Shown here: positions 11,508 through 25,700 of the stretch, piece after piece
Numbering within the stretch: the stretch's first letter is position 1
How the letters are laid out: every line of letters starts with the position of its first letter
From: Squalus acanthias
Taxonomy: Eukaryota
Direction of reading: 5' to 3'
DNA length: 64,000 bases
Assembly: GCA_030390025.1 (NCBI GenBank)
Contig: JASTWF010000036.1
Location: 248,001 to 312,000 of the forward strand
Notes under the pieces: model-generated
The model's database searches: none
What the model saw: the letters and a program-made list of their open reading frames with translations, nothing else
Told to the model about the DNA's origin: nothing
Position numbers and translations under genes: made by a program

Positions 11508-14500
11508 GGGGGGAAGGGGGGAAGGAGGGAGGGAGAGAGAGGGGGGAAGGAGGGAGGGAGAGGGGGGAAGGAGGGGGGGGAGAGAGAGAGGGGAAGGAGA
11601 GAGGGAGAGAGAAAAGAATGGGAGCTAAATCTCAACGCGAATGTCGGCTGGAGTTGACAACACAGGCTGTTCTTGTGCTTCTGACCCTGAATGAACCTAT
11701 CCTTGGATCAGAGCCAAGCTCCCTCAGAGCTGTAACTCTACACTGTATTTACGGTGCAGTTAATGCCAACATCAATCAAAACGTAACATTGAAGTTGAAT
11801 TACAGATTAAAACTATTATTTTTGCCAGAACTGAGGGAGCGCCGCACTGTCGGAGGGTCAATACCGAGGGAGCGCCGCACTGTCGGAGGGGCGGTACTGA
11901 AGGAGGGCCGAACTGTTGGAGGGGCGGTACTGAGGGAGCGCTGCACTGTCCGAGAGGCGGTACTGAAGGAGCGCCGAACTGTTGGAGGGGTAGTACTGAG
12001 GGAGCGCCGCACTGTCGTAGGGGCGGTACTGAGCGAGCGCCGAACTGTTGGAGGGGCAGTACTGAGGGAGCGCCGCACTGTCGGAGGGGCAGTACTGAGG
12101 GAGCGCTGCACTGACGGAATTGAGGGAGCGCCGCACTGACGGAGGGACGGTATTGAGGGAAGGCCGCGCTGTCGGAGGGGCTGCACTGAGATAGCGCCGC
12201 ACCGTCGGAGGGGCTGGTACCGAGGGAGCGCCGCACTGTCGGAGGGGCGGTACTGAGGGAGCGCCGCATTGTCGGAGGGGGCAGTACTGAGGGAGCGCCG
12301 CATTGTCGGAGGGGCGGTACTGAGGGAGCGCCGCACTGTCGGAGGGGCGGTACTGAGGGAGCGCCGCATTGTCGGAGGGGCGGTACTGAGGGAGTGCCGC
12401 ATTGTCGGAGGGGCGGTACTGAGGGAGCGCCGCATTGTCGGAGGGGCAGTACTGAGGGAGCGCCGCATTGTCGGAGGGGCGGTACTGAGGGAGCTCCGCA
12501 CTGTCGGTGGGGCGGCACCGAGGGAGCGCCGCACTGTCGGAGGGGCGGTACTGAGGGAGTGCCGCATTGTCGGAGGGGCAGTACTGAGGGAGCGCCGCAC
12601 TGATGGAGGGGCCATCTTCAGAATGAGACGTTAAACCGAGGCCCCGTCTGCTCTCTCTGTAAAAGATCCCACGGCCACTAGAAGATGAGCAGGGGGGGGC
12701 AGTTCTCCTCGGTGTCCCGGGGCCAATATTTATCCCTCAACCAACATCAATTAAAAAAAAACACCAGATTATCTGGTCATTATCACATGGCTGTTTGTGG
12801 GAGCTTGCTGTGCGCAAATTGTCTGCCGCGTTTCCTACAACAGTGACCACACTTAAAAAAAAAAGTACTTCATTGACTGTGAAGTGCTTCGGGACGTCCT
12901 GAGGTGGTGAAAGGCATCAGATAAACGAGAGATCTTTCTTCTGTTTGGCTTTGAACAAAATCCTTCAGTGAGCATTTTTGGCACTGCAATGGTTAAAAGG
13001 TTCCTCGCCTTACGGAGCCCAATCTCGATGTAAATTAACCGCTGCTCCCTTCAGCTCGCTTGGTCGGCATTCCATTGCGCTTTACAATTAAACCAGTTAC
13101 TTCCCAGGCATGACAGAAAAGGGCGAAGCCAACGTTTTCTGATCAACTCATTTAAATTTATTCGCAAGGCCCCCCTTTTCTCGCCCATCAGCGGCCAGAC
13201 TGTTTCAGCACATTGCACGGCGCGATGACTGGTGCCTTGTGGCAGCAAAAAAAAATCGATGCGCAAGACCACTTGCTGCCTACAAATGTCACACGTCAAA
13301 AAACTGTTAATTGCCTGGCATTTTTGAGGGAGGAGGTGAGACCGAGGGGCAGGTAGTAGGCGAGGGGGGAAGAATCAAAGACACAAAGACACAGAGAGGC
13401 GGGCGAGAGCGAGAATCTCGCGAGGCTCCTTTATCTCCTCTGGCTACGTCGACAGGTCAGTTCCGTGAATGACACTTAACTGCTGGGGCTGAATGGCCTC
13501 CTCGTGTTCCTGTTCATTGAGCCCCCACCCCCACCTCGAGCCTGTTACATTAGGAACAGGAGGAGGCCATTCAGCCCCCCTCGAGCCTGTTACATTAGGA
13601 ACAGGAGGAGGCCATTCAGCCTCTCGAGCCTGTTCCATTAGGAACAGGAGCAGGCCATTCAGCCCCCCTCCAGCCTGTTACATTAGGAACAGGAGGAGGC
13701 CATTCAGCCCCTCGAGCCTGTTACATTAGGAACAGGAGGAGGCCATTCAGCCCCTCGAGCCTGTTACATTAGGAACAGGAGGAGGCCATTCAGCCCCTCG
13801 AGCCTGTTACATTAGAAACAGGAGGAGGCCATTCAGCCTCTCGAGCCTGTTACATTAGGAACAGGAGGAGGCCATTCAGCCTCTCGAGCTGTTACATTCG
13901 GAACAGGAGGCCATTCAGCCCCTCGAGCCTGTTCCATTAGGAACAGGAGCAGGCCATTCAGCCCCCCTCCAGCCTGTTACATTAGGAACAGGAGGAGGCC
14001 ATTCAGCCTCTCGAGCCTGTTACATTAGGAACAGGAGGAGGCCATTCAGCCCCCTCGAGCCTGTTACATTCGGAACAGGAGGAGGCCATTCAGCCTCTCG
14101 AGCCTGTTACATTAGGAACAGGAGGAGGCCATTCAGCCTCTCGAGCTGTTACATTAGGAACAGGAGGAGGCCATTCAGCCCCCTCGAGTCTGTGACATTA
14201 GGAACAGGAGGAGGACGTTCAGCCTCTCGAGCCTGTTCCGCCATTCGATGAGATCGTGGCTGATCTGGATCTTAACGCCATCTACCCGCCTTGATTCCGT
14301 ATCCCTCAATCCCCTTACCCAACAAAAATCTACCGATCTCAGTCTTCAAATCTTCAACTAACCGCTAGCATCCACAGCCTTTTTGGAGAGAGAGTTCTAG
14401 ATTTCCACCACAATTTTTAAAGAAAAGGAAATGGGTAATCACAACAACAACTCCCATTGATACAGCGCCTTTAACACAGTAAAACGTCCCAAGGCGCTTC

Positions 14501-14750
14501 ACAGGAGCGTAAATCAGACATAATTTGGCACCAAGCCACATCAGGAGATATTAGGACAGGGAGCTTGGTCAAAGAAATAGGTTTTAGTAGCGTCTTAAAG
14601 GAGGCGAGAGAGAGAGAGAGGCGGAAAGGTTTAGGGAGGGAATTCCAGAGCTTAGGGCCCAGGTGGCTGAAGGCACGGCCGCCAATGGTGGAGCGATGGA
14701 AATCGGGGGGGATGGAAAAGAGGGCAGAATTGGAGGAGCGCAGAGATCTC

Positions 14751-15349
14751 GGAGGGTTGTAGGACTGTAGGGGGTTACAGAGATAGGGAGGGTTGTAGGG
14801 GGCTGGAGGAGGTTACAGAGATGGGGAGGGTTGTTGGGGGCTGGAGGAGGTTAGAGTGATAGGGAGGGTTGTAGGGGGCTGCAGGAGGTTACAGAGATAG
14901 GGAGGGTTGTTGGGGGCTGGAGGAGGTTACAGAGATAGCGAGGGTTTTAGGGGCTGGAGGAGGTTACAGAGATAGCGAAGGTTTTAGGGGCTGGAGGAGG
15001 TTACAGAGATAGGGAGGGTTGTAGGGGGCTGGAGGAGGTTACAGAGATGGGGAGGGTTGTTGGGGGCTGGAGGAGGTTACAGAGATAGGGAGGGTTGTAG
15101 GGGGCTGCAGGAGGTTACAGAGATAGGGAGGGTTGTTGGGGGCTGGAGGAGGTTACAGAGATAGCGAAGGTTTTAGGGGCTGGAGGAGGTTACAGAGATA
15201 GGGAGGGTTGTAGGGGGCTGGAGGAGGTTACAGAGATAGGGAGGGTTGTAGGGGGCTGGAGGAGGTTACAGAGATAGCGAGGGTTTTAGGGGCTGGAGGA
15301 GGTTACAGAGATAGGGAGGGTTGTCGAGGTGGAGGAGGTTACAGAGATA
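14751..15349. repeat. 38-bp G-rich minisatellite (also 23563-24582, 25190-25910 inverted, 40262-40815, 43690-44765, 60861-61307)
   Basis: Unit gggagggttgtagggggctggaggaggttacagagata. Confidence 0.97.
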
Positions 15350-15872
15350 GATCCAAACTCAGGTCAGCGAGCACACGGTGGGGGATTTGGTGCGAGTTAC
15401 AATGGTGCAAGGATTCCACTTGTTCGGCACCCCATCCACCACCTTAAACAATCACTCCCTCCACCACCGGCGCACCGTGGCTGCAGGGTGCACCGTCTAC
15501 AAGATGCACTGCAGCGACTCGCCAAGGCTTCTTCGGCAGCACCTCCAAAACCCGCGACCTCTTCCACCTAGAAGGACATGGGCAGCAGACACACGGGAAC
15601 ACCACCACCTCCAAGTCCCCCTACGAGTCACACACACCATCCTGACTTAGAAATATATCGGCCGTTCCTTCATCGTCGCTGGGTCAAAATCCTGGAGCTC
15701 CCTCCCTAACAGCAACTTTCACCACACGCGGACTGCAGCGGTTCAAGGCGGCGGCTCACCACCACCTTCTCAAGGGCAATTAGGGATGGGCAATAAATGC
15801 TGGGCCTTGCCAGCGACGCCCACACTCCCCTGAACGAATAAGACAAAAAAAAATTGCAACAAATCTCGGTCA

Positions 15873-16130
<258 letters not shown>

Positions 16131-16174
16131 TTAATTTTCAATTTGCTTCTTCCTCTATTTACATGAACGATCTG

Positions 16175-17765
16175 ATTGCACCGGAGAGGGTGCAGAGGAG
16201 ATTTACCAGGATGTTGCCAGGGCTGGGGAATTTTAGCGATGAGGAAAGATTGGATAAGGCTGAGGATGTTTTCTTTGGAACAGGGAGGCTGAGGGGGAGA
16301 TCTAATTGAGGTGTATAAAATGACGAGGGGCCGAGATAGATGTGGATAGGAAGGACCTATTTCCCTTAGCGGAGAGGTCAATAACCAGGGGCATAGATTT
16401 AAAGTAATTGGTAGGAGGTTTAGAGGGGAGTTGAGGAGAACTTTTTTCACCCAGAGGGTGCTGAGTCTGGAACTCGCTGCCTGAAAGGGTGGTAGAGGCA
16501 GAGACCCTCATCGCATTTAAAAAGTACTTGGATACGCACTCAAAATGCCGTAACCTACAGGGCTACGGACCAAGAGCTGGAAAGTGGGATTAGAACATAA
16601 GAAACAGGAGCAGGAGTCGGCCATTCGGCCCCTCGAGCCTGCTCCGCCATTCAATGAGATCATGGCTGATCATCGACCTCAACTCCACTCTCCCGCCCGA
16701 TCTCCATATCCCTCGATTCCCCTTGAGTTCAAAAATCTATCGATCTCGGCCTTGAATATACTCAACGACTGAGCCTCCACAGCCCTCTGGGGTAGAGAAT
16801 TCCAAAGATTCACGACCCTCTGTGCGAAGAAATTCCTCCTTATCTCAGCCCTAAATGGCCGACCCCTTATCCTGAGACTGTGCCCCCTAGTTCTAGACTC
16901 TCTGGCCAGGGGGGAAAACAACCTCTCAGCATCTACCCTGTCAATCCCGCTTCAGAATCTTGTATGTTTCAATGAGATCACCTCTCATTCTTCTGAACTC
17001 CAGAGAGTATCGGCCCATAAGGTACAGCAGGTGATCAGGAAGGCCAATGGAATCTTGGCTTTTATTGCAAGGGGGGATGGAGTATAAAAGCAGGGAAGTC
17101 TTGCTTCAGTTATACAAGGTACTGGTGAGGCCACACCTGGAATACTGCGTACAGTTTTGGTTTCCATATTTAAGAAAAGATATACTTGCTCTCGAGGCAG
17201 TTCAGAGAAGGTTCACTCGGTTGATTCCGGAGATGAGGGGGTTGACTTATGAGGAAAGGTTGAGTAGGTTGGGCCTCTACTCATTGGAATTCAGAAGAAT
17301 GAGAGGCGATCTTATCGAAACATATAAGATTGTGAGGGGGCTTGATCGGGTGGAGGCGGGGAGGATGTTTCCACTGATGGGTGAGACTAGAACTAGGGGG
17401 CATAATCTTAGAATAAGGGGCTGCCGTTTCAAAACTGAGATGAGGAGAAACTTCTTCACTCAGAGGGTAGTAAATCTATGGAATTTGCTACCTCAGAGAG
17501 CTGTGGAAGCTGCGACATTAAATAAATTTAAAACGGAGATAGATAGTCTCCTAGCTGATAAGGGAATTAAGGGTTATGGGGAGCGGGCAGGGGAGTGGAC
17601 GTGAGTCTAGGTTCGGATCAGCCATGATCTTATTGAATGGCGGAGCAGGCCCGAGGGGCCGTATGGCCGACTCCTGCTCCTACTTCTTATGTTATGTTAT
17701 GTTATTCTACACAATCTCTCCTCATAGGACAGCCCTCTCATCCCTGGAATCAATCGAGTGAACCT
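16175..17765. mobile_element. Cluster of CR1 fragments (plus 16175-16590; minus from 16592, interrupted by plus 17020-17705)
   Basis: RT C-terminal ORFs 16679..16921 and 17047..17604; CR1 tails. Confidence 0.88.
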
Positions 17766-18411
17766 TGCGGCTGGATAGCTCTTTCTCGGCCGGCACGGAC
17801 ACGGGTGGGGCAAACGGCCTCCTTCTGTGCCCTAAACTTCTATGATTCCTCCCCGCAACAGCGATCTGATAAAAGGCCCAGCGACTTTCCCCGGAAGCGT
17901 GGCGAAGTTTCGGAACACGCGAAATCAAGAACCACTTGTAGCAGATGCACGCCGGGAAAGAGAGAGGAGAACAAAGCCCCATTAAGAGATTCACTTCTGC
18001 ATATTTCCTCGCGACACGCAATTTTTTGAGGCTGGCCAAGTAATCATCGTATGGTACAGCTCAGAGGGAGGCCATTCAGCCCATCGTGCCTGTGCCGGCT
18101 CTTTGAAAGAACTCTCCAATTAGTCCCACTCCCCCGCTTGCTCTTCCCCCAGAGCCCTGTACGAGTCGCTTAAAGAATTCTCCTCCTCTCCCGCTCTGGT
18201 TCTTTTGCCGATTATCTTAAATCTGTGTCCCCCTGGTTACCGACCCTCCTGCCACTGGAAACAGTTTCTCCTTATTTACTCTATCGAAACCCCTCGTAAT
18301 TTTGAACACCTCTATTAAATCTCCCCTTAACCTTCTCTGTTGGTACTGACAATACCAACTTCTCCAGTCTCTCCACGTAACTGAAGTCCCTCATCCCCTG
18401 GTACCATTCTG

Positions 18412-18880
18412 GTAAAGCTCTCTCTACACTGGCCCATCAAACACTCCGAGGGCAGGCACAGCACGGGGTTAGATACAGAGTAAAGCTCCCTCTACACTGT
18501 CCCATCAAACACTCCCAGGACAGGTGCAGCACGGGGTTAGATACAGAGTAAAGCTCCCTCTACACTGTCCCATCAAACACTCCCAGGGCAGGTACAGCAC
18601 GGAGTTAGATACAGAGTAAAGCTCCCTCTACACTGTCCCATCAAACACTCCCAGGGCAGGTACAGCACGCGTTAGGTACAGAGTAAAGCTCCCTCTACAC
18701 TGTCCCCATCAAACACTCCCAGGGCAGGTACAGCACGGGTTAGATACAGAGTAAAGCTCCCTCTACACTGTCCCATCAAACACTCCCAGGGCAGGTACAG
18801 CACGGGGTTAGATACAGAGTAAAGCTCCTTCTACACTGTCCCATCAAACACTCCCAGGGCAGGTACAGCACGGGGTTAGA
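18412..18880. repeat. 68-bp minisatellite, about 7 copies
   Basis: Unit cacggggttagatacagagtaaagctccctctacactgtcccatcaaacactcccagggcaggtacag. Confidence 0.96.
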
Positions 18881-20581
18881 AACCCCTTTGTAATTTTGAA
18901 CACTTGGATTAAATCTCCCCTCAGCCTCCTCTGCTCTGAGGAGAACAACCCCAGCTTCTCCAGTCCCTCCACGCACGACTGTCATTCCTGGGACCATTCC
19001 AATAAATCTCCTCTGCACCCTTGACATCCTTCCTGAAGTTCGGTGCCCAGAATTGGACGCACACACTCCGGCCGGGGCCAAACCAGCTGGAGTTAAATGT
19101 TGACATGGACTCTGCTTTAACAAACAACTCAATACCATTCCGCAGCCACAAACCCCTCTCTGTAAAAAGAAAATTAGCCATTTAGGAGAGAAAAGACAGA
19201 CATTTCTCCAGCACCTTTCACCACCTCAGGACGTCCCAAAGCGCTTCACAGCCAATGAAGTACTGTTTTTGAAGTGTAGTCACTGTTGTAATGTAGGAAA
19301 CGTGGCAGACAATTTGTGCACAGCAAGCTCCCACAAACAGCAATGTGATAAGTGACCACATCATCTGTATTTGTTATGTTGATTGAGGGATAAATATTGG
19401 CCCCAGGACACACGGGTGAACGCCCCCCTGATCTTCTTCGAAATAGCAGCCCGCGAGATCTTTTACATCCACCCGAAGGGGCCTCGGTCTAACGTCTCGT
19501 CTGAAAGACGGCACCTCCAACAGTGCAGCGCTCCTTCTGTACTGCCCCTCCGACAGTGCGGCGCTCCCTCAGTACTGCCCCTCCGGCAGTGCGGCGCTCC
19601 CTCAGTGCTGCCCCTCCGACAGTGCGCCGCTCCTTCTGTACTGCCCCTCCGACAGTGCGGCGCTCCCTCAGTACCACCCCTCCGGCAGTGCGGCGCTCCC
19701 TCAGTACCGCCCCTCCGACAGTGCAGCGTTCCCTCAGTACTGCCCCTCCGACAGTGCGGCGCTCCCTCAGTACCGCCCCTCAGACAGTGCGGCGCTCCCT
19801 CAATACTGCCCCTCCGACAGTGCGGCGCTCCCTCAGTACTGCCGCTCCGACAGTGCGGCGCTCCCTCAGTACTGCCTCTCCGTAAGTGCGGCGCTCCCTC
19901 AGTACCGCCCCTCCGACAGTGTAGCGCTCCCTCAGTACTGCGCCTCCGACAATGCGGTGCTCCCTCAGTACTGCCCCTCCGACAGTGCGGCGCTCCCACA
20001 CTACCGCCCCTCCGACAGTGCGGCGCTCCCTCAATACTGCCCCTCCGACAGTGCGGCGCTCCCTCAATACTGCCCCTCCGACAGTGCGGCGCTCTCACAC
20101 TACCGCCCCTCCGACAGTGCGGCGCTCCCTCAGTACTGCCTCTCCGACAGTGCTGGCGCTCCCTCAGTACTGCCTCTCCGACAGTGCGGCGCTCCCTCAG
20201 TACTGCCCCTCCGACAGTGCGGCGCTCCCTCAGTACTGCCTCTCCGACAGTGCGGCGCTCCCTCAGTACTGCCTCTCCGACAGTGCGGCGCTCTCACACT
20301 ACCGCCCCTCCGACAGTGCGGCGCTCCCTCAGTACTGCCCCTCCTACAGTGCGGCACTCCCTCGCCGACAGTCCGGCTCAATATTTATCCCTCAACCAAC
20401 ATAACAAAAACAGATGATCTGATGATTATCAGATTGCTGCTTGTGGGAGCTTGCTGTGCGGCAATTGGCTGCCGCGTTTCCCCCATTACAACAGTGACTA
20501 CACTTCAAAAAAAGTACTTCATTGGCTGTAAAGCGCTTTGGGACATCTTGAGGTGGTGAAAGGCGCTGGAGAAATGAGAGT

Positions 20582-22797
20582 TAAGAACATAAGAAATAGG
20601 AGCAGGAGTCGGCCATTCGGCCCTTCGAGCCTGCTCCGCCATTCAATGAGATCATGGCTGATCATCTGCCTCAACTCCATTCACCGGACCTATCGCCATA
20701 TCCCTTGATGCCCTTACTAGTCAGAAATCTATCGACTTCTGTTTTGAATATACCCAATGACTGAGCCTCCACAGCCCTCTGGGGGAGAGAATTCCAAAGA
20801 TTCAACACCCTCTGTGTGAAGAAATTTCTCCTCATCTCAGTCCTGAATGGTTTACCCTTTATCCTGAGACTGTGGCCCCTGGTTCTAGACTCCCCAGCCA
20901 AGGGAAACATTCTCCCAGCATCCACCCCATCAAGCCCTGTAATAATTTTGTATGCTTCAATGAGATCCCCTCTCATTCTTCTGAATTCAAGAGAATACAG
21001 GCCTAGTTTACTCAATCTCTTCTCATACGACAGTCCCGCCATCCCAGGAATCAATCTCATGAACCTTCGTTGCACTCCCTCTATGGCAAGTATATCCTTC
21101 CTTAGGTAAGGAGACCAAAATTGTACACAGTACTCCAGGTGTGGTCTCACCAAGGCCCTATATAATTGGAGTAAGACTTCTTTACTCCTGTACTCAAATC
21201 CTCTTGTAATGAAGGCCAGCATACCATTTGCCTTCCTAATGGCTTGCTGCACCTGCACATTCACTTTGTGACTCATGCACTGTACAAGGACACCCAGGTC
21301 CCTTTGAGCATCTGCATTCCCCGATCTTTCACCATTTAGGAAATATTCTGCCTTTGTTTTTTCTACCAAAGTGGATAACTTCACATTTATCCACATTATA
21401 TTCCATCTGCCATGTTCTCGCCCACTCACTGAGCCTGTCGAGATCCCCCTGAAGCCTCTTCACATCCTCTTCACAACTGACACTGCCACCTCGCTTTGTA
21501 TCATCAGCAAATTTGGAAATGTTACATTTAGTCCCCTTATCCAAATCATTGATATAGATTGTGAATAGCTGGGGCCCAAGCACCAATCCTTGTGGTACCC
21601 CACTAGTCACAGCCTGCCATCCTGAAAAAGACCCGTTTATCCCTACTCTTTGTTTTCTGTCTCTTAACCAATTCTCAATCCATGCTAGTATATTACCCCC
21701 AATTCCATGTGCCCTAATTTTCTTCACCAACCTCGTGTGGGACCTTATCGAAGGCCTTCTGAAAATCCAGATACACCACATCTACCGGTTCCCCTTTGTC
21801 TACTCCACTAGTTACATCCTCAAAGAACTCCAATAGGTTTGTCAAACAGGATTTCCCTTTCATAAATCCATGTTGACTCTGCCCAATCTTACTATTAGTT
21901 GTCAAGTGCCCAGTTATTGCATTCTTTATAATAGATTCCAGCATTTTCCCAACTACTGATGTGAGGCTAAAAGGTCTGTAGTTCCCCGTTTTCTCTCTCC
22001 CTCCTTTCTTAAATAGCGGGGTTACATTTGCTATCCTCCAATCTGCAGGAACCGTTCCAGAATCTATAGAATTTTGGAAGATGACAACCAATGCGTCCAC
22101 TATCCACCTCTTTCAAAACCCGAGGATGTACGTCATCCAGTCCTTGGGATTTATCGACTTTTACTCATTAATTTTGCTAGTACTGTGTTTTTTTTACTAA
22201 TAATTTCTTTAAGTTCCTCATTCTCGCCACACACCCTTGGTTTCTTCATATTTCTGGGAGTTTTTCTGTGTCTTCCTCCGTGAAGACAGAAACAAAGTAT
22301 TTATTTAATTTCTCACCCATTTCCTCATTGCCCATTATAAATTCTCCCGTCTCTGACTGTAAAGGACCGACATTTACCTTCGCCAGTCTTTTCCTTTTCA
22401 CATACCTATAGAAGCTTTTACAATCCGTTTTAATATTTTTCGCTAGTTTGTGCTCATATTCCATTTTCCCTTTCTTCATCAATTTCTTGGTCCCCCTTCG
22501 CTGATTTCTCAAAAATCCCAATCCTCAGGCTGACCGCTTTTTCTGGCAATTTTATAAGCTTCCTCCTTTGACTTAATGCTCGCTTTAATTTCTTTTGTTG
22601 GCCATGGTTGGATCACTTTTCCTTTTGGGTGTCTACGCCCTAGAGGAATATATGTTTGTTGCAAATTATGCATTATTTCCTTGAATGTTAGCCATTGTAT
22701 GTCCACCTTCAGACCTTTTTAGTGCAGTCTCCCAATCTACCATAGCCAACTTGTCCCTCATACCCTTGTAGTTTCCTCTGTTTAGATTGAAGACCTT
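20582..22797 (-). mobile_element. CR1 LINE, 5'-truncated, frameshifted ORF2
   Basis: RT motifs split over several ORFs (GVPQGLVLGP, KFADD, NYRPFSLTS); CR1 tail at 20582-20670. Confidence 0.93.
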
Positions 22798-25700
22798 TCT
22801 TTTTTTTCCTCTCAGGGCAATGGGAACCAGAAAAACCACGAGCGGAGGTTTAAACGCTGGCTCAGCAATCAAGCAGGTCCCAGTCAGCAGTTCGTGAGAG
22901 CCATTAATACATCAATGAGCTAACAGTTTCATTTCTGCTCCTACCCTGAGCTTCAAACGGCATTAATGCACTGCTTTGCATTTTTGCTAATGCCGAATTA
23001 AGGAGATTTTGGGTTTGTCATGTACTTAAATTCGCCCCCACCCAACACAACCACACAGACACTTGTCAATGCGAGGGATTAACACCTCATTATTATCTTC
23101 ACGCTGCCGAGGTCAAGTATCGAAATACAAGGACGGTGTTAATTCCTCTGTTTGACAAGCGTGAAGGAAACATGAAGCATTTTAAACTAAAGGGTCTTAA
23201 CAAACCAAAAGTTTAACTCGTCTCGGCTCCTGTCAGATGCTGTGCCTTTTAGCAACTCATTTATTTATACAGCACCTTTAACGTAAAAAAAACATCCCTT
23301 GGGCGCTTCACAGGAGCGCAAATCGAGACAGAAATTTGAACCCGAGCCACATAAGGAGATATTGGGAACAGGTGACCAAAAGCTTGGTCAAAGAGGTAGG
23401 TTTTAAGGAGAGTTTTAAAGGAGAGAGAGAGGCGGAGAGGTTTAGGGAGGGAATTCCAGAGCTTCGGGTCCAAGGCGGCTGAAGGCACGGCCACCAATGG
23501 TGGAGCGATGGAAATGGGGGGGGGATGCTCAAGAGGCAGAATTGGAGGAGCGCAGAGATCTCGGAGGGTTGTAGGGACTGGAGGAGGTTACAGAGATAGG
23601 GAGGGCTGGAGGGGGCTGGAGGAGGTTACAGAGATAGGGAGGGTTGTAGGGGGCTGCAGAGATAGGGAGGGTTGTAGGAGGCTGGAGGAGGTTACAGAGA
23701 TAGGGAGGGTTGTAGGGGGCTGGAGGAGGTTACAGAGATAGGGAGGGCTGGAGGAGGTTACAGAGATAGGGAGGGCTGGAGGGGGTTACAGAGATAGGGA
23801 GGGCTGTAGGGGGCTGCAGAGATAGGGAGGGTTGTAGGGGGCTGGAGGAGGTTACAGAGATAGGGAGGGTTGTAGGGGGCTGGAGGAGGTTACAGAGATA
23901 GGGAGGGTTGTAGGGGGCTGGAGGAGGTTACAGAGATAGGGAGGGTTGTAGGAGCCTGGAGGAGGTTACAGAGATAGGGAGGGTTGTAGGGGCTGGAGGA
24001 GGTTACAGAGATAGGGAGGGTTGCAGGGGCTGGAGGAGGTTACAGAGATAGGGAGGGTTGTAGGGGGCTGGAGGAGGTTACAGAGATAGGGAGTGTTGTA
24101 GGGGCTGGAGGAGGTTACAGAGATAGGGAGGGTTGTAGGGGCTGGAGGAGGTTACAGAGATAGGGAGGGTTGTAGGGGGCTGGAGGAGGTTACAGAGATA
24201 GGGAGGGTTGTAGGGGCTGGAGGAGGTTACAGAGATAGGGAGGGTTGTTGGGGGCTGGAGGAGGTTACAGAGATAGGGAGGGTTGTAGGGGGCTGGAGGA
24301 GGTTACAGAGATAGGGAGGGCTGGAGGGGGTTACAGAGATAGGGAGGGCTGTAGGGGGCTGCAGAGATAGGGAGGGTTGTAGGGGGCTGGAAGAGGTTAC
24401 AGAGATAGGGAGGGTTGTAGGGGGCTGGAGGAGGTTACAGAGATAGGGAGGGTTGTAGGGGCTGGAGGAGGTTACAGAGATGGGGAGGGTTGTAGGGGCT
24501 GGAGGAGGGTTGTAGGGGCTGGAGGAGGTTACAGAGATAGGGAGGGTTGTAGGGGGCTGGATGAGGTTATAGAGATAGGGAGAGAGGGGGGCGAGGAGGC
24601 AGCAGAGGGATTTGAAAAATAAAGGCAAGTCTTTCTTTCTTGGAGGGTGAGCAACCCCGAGGAAAGAGGGGCAGAATAAAACTTGATTGAAGAAAAAAAA
24701 AAGACAGCGCGTGCTCCTAAATCGACGGCCCGACTTTATTGGATGACCAAAGTCTTTCAATTAATTGGCGACGTTTGCAGAAAAAAAAAATATTCCCTGA
24801 ACGCAGCAAATAATTACATCAGCGGGGGAGCCGTAACCCAGATCAAGCTTCCTGATTTTTTGGTGAGTAACAGAACACTGAACTGGACTCGTCATCTCAT
24901 CACGTCTGGAACCGACGGATTTGTTTCCGAATGTCTGCTTGCTCCTGCCCACTGCCAGTTGTTACATACAAGTCTGGGCATGTACCTTGGCTGGGTGCAT
25001 TACACCGCTGTGGTTCAGCGAGACCAAAACACGGCCGGGTGCGAATAACAAAAACTCTGAACTCTTTCAGCACCTTCTAGAGTGGTGACATTCCGCAGCT
25101 CAGAAAGCTGACCATTCGGCCCATCGCGCTTATGCTATTTTACAATTCTCATCCTGGGGTTCAAATCCCTCCGCGGCCTCCTCGCCCCCCCTCCCTATCT
25201 CTGTAACCTCCTTCAGCCCCCTACAACCCTCCCTATCTCTGTAACCTCCTCCAGCCCCTACACCCCTCCCTATCTCTGTAACCTCCTTCAGCCCCCTACA
25301 ACCCTCCCTATCTCTGTAACCTCCTCCAGCCCCTACAACCCTCCCTATCTCTGTAACCTCCTCGAGCACCCTACAACCCTCCCTATCTCTGTAACCTCCT
25401 CCAGCCCCCTACAACCCTCCCTATCTCTGTAACCTCCTCCAGCCCCAACAACCCTCCCCATCTCTGTAACCTCCTCCAGCCCCTACAACCATCCCTATCT
25501 CTGTAATCTCCTCCAGCCCCCTACAACCCTCCCTATCTCTGTAACCTCCTCCAGCCCCCTTCAACCCTCCCTATCTCTGTAACCTCCTCCAGCCCCCTAC
25601 AACCCTCCCTATCTCTGTAACCTCCTCCAGCCCCTACAACCCTCCCTATCTCTGTAACCTCCTCCAGCCTCTACAACCCTCCCTATCTCTGTAACCTGCT

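Noticed and set aside
19383..20559. Long repetitive ORFs (LRQCGAPSVLP and similar)
   Set aside because: Translations of the 33-bp minisatellite in multiple frames
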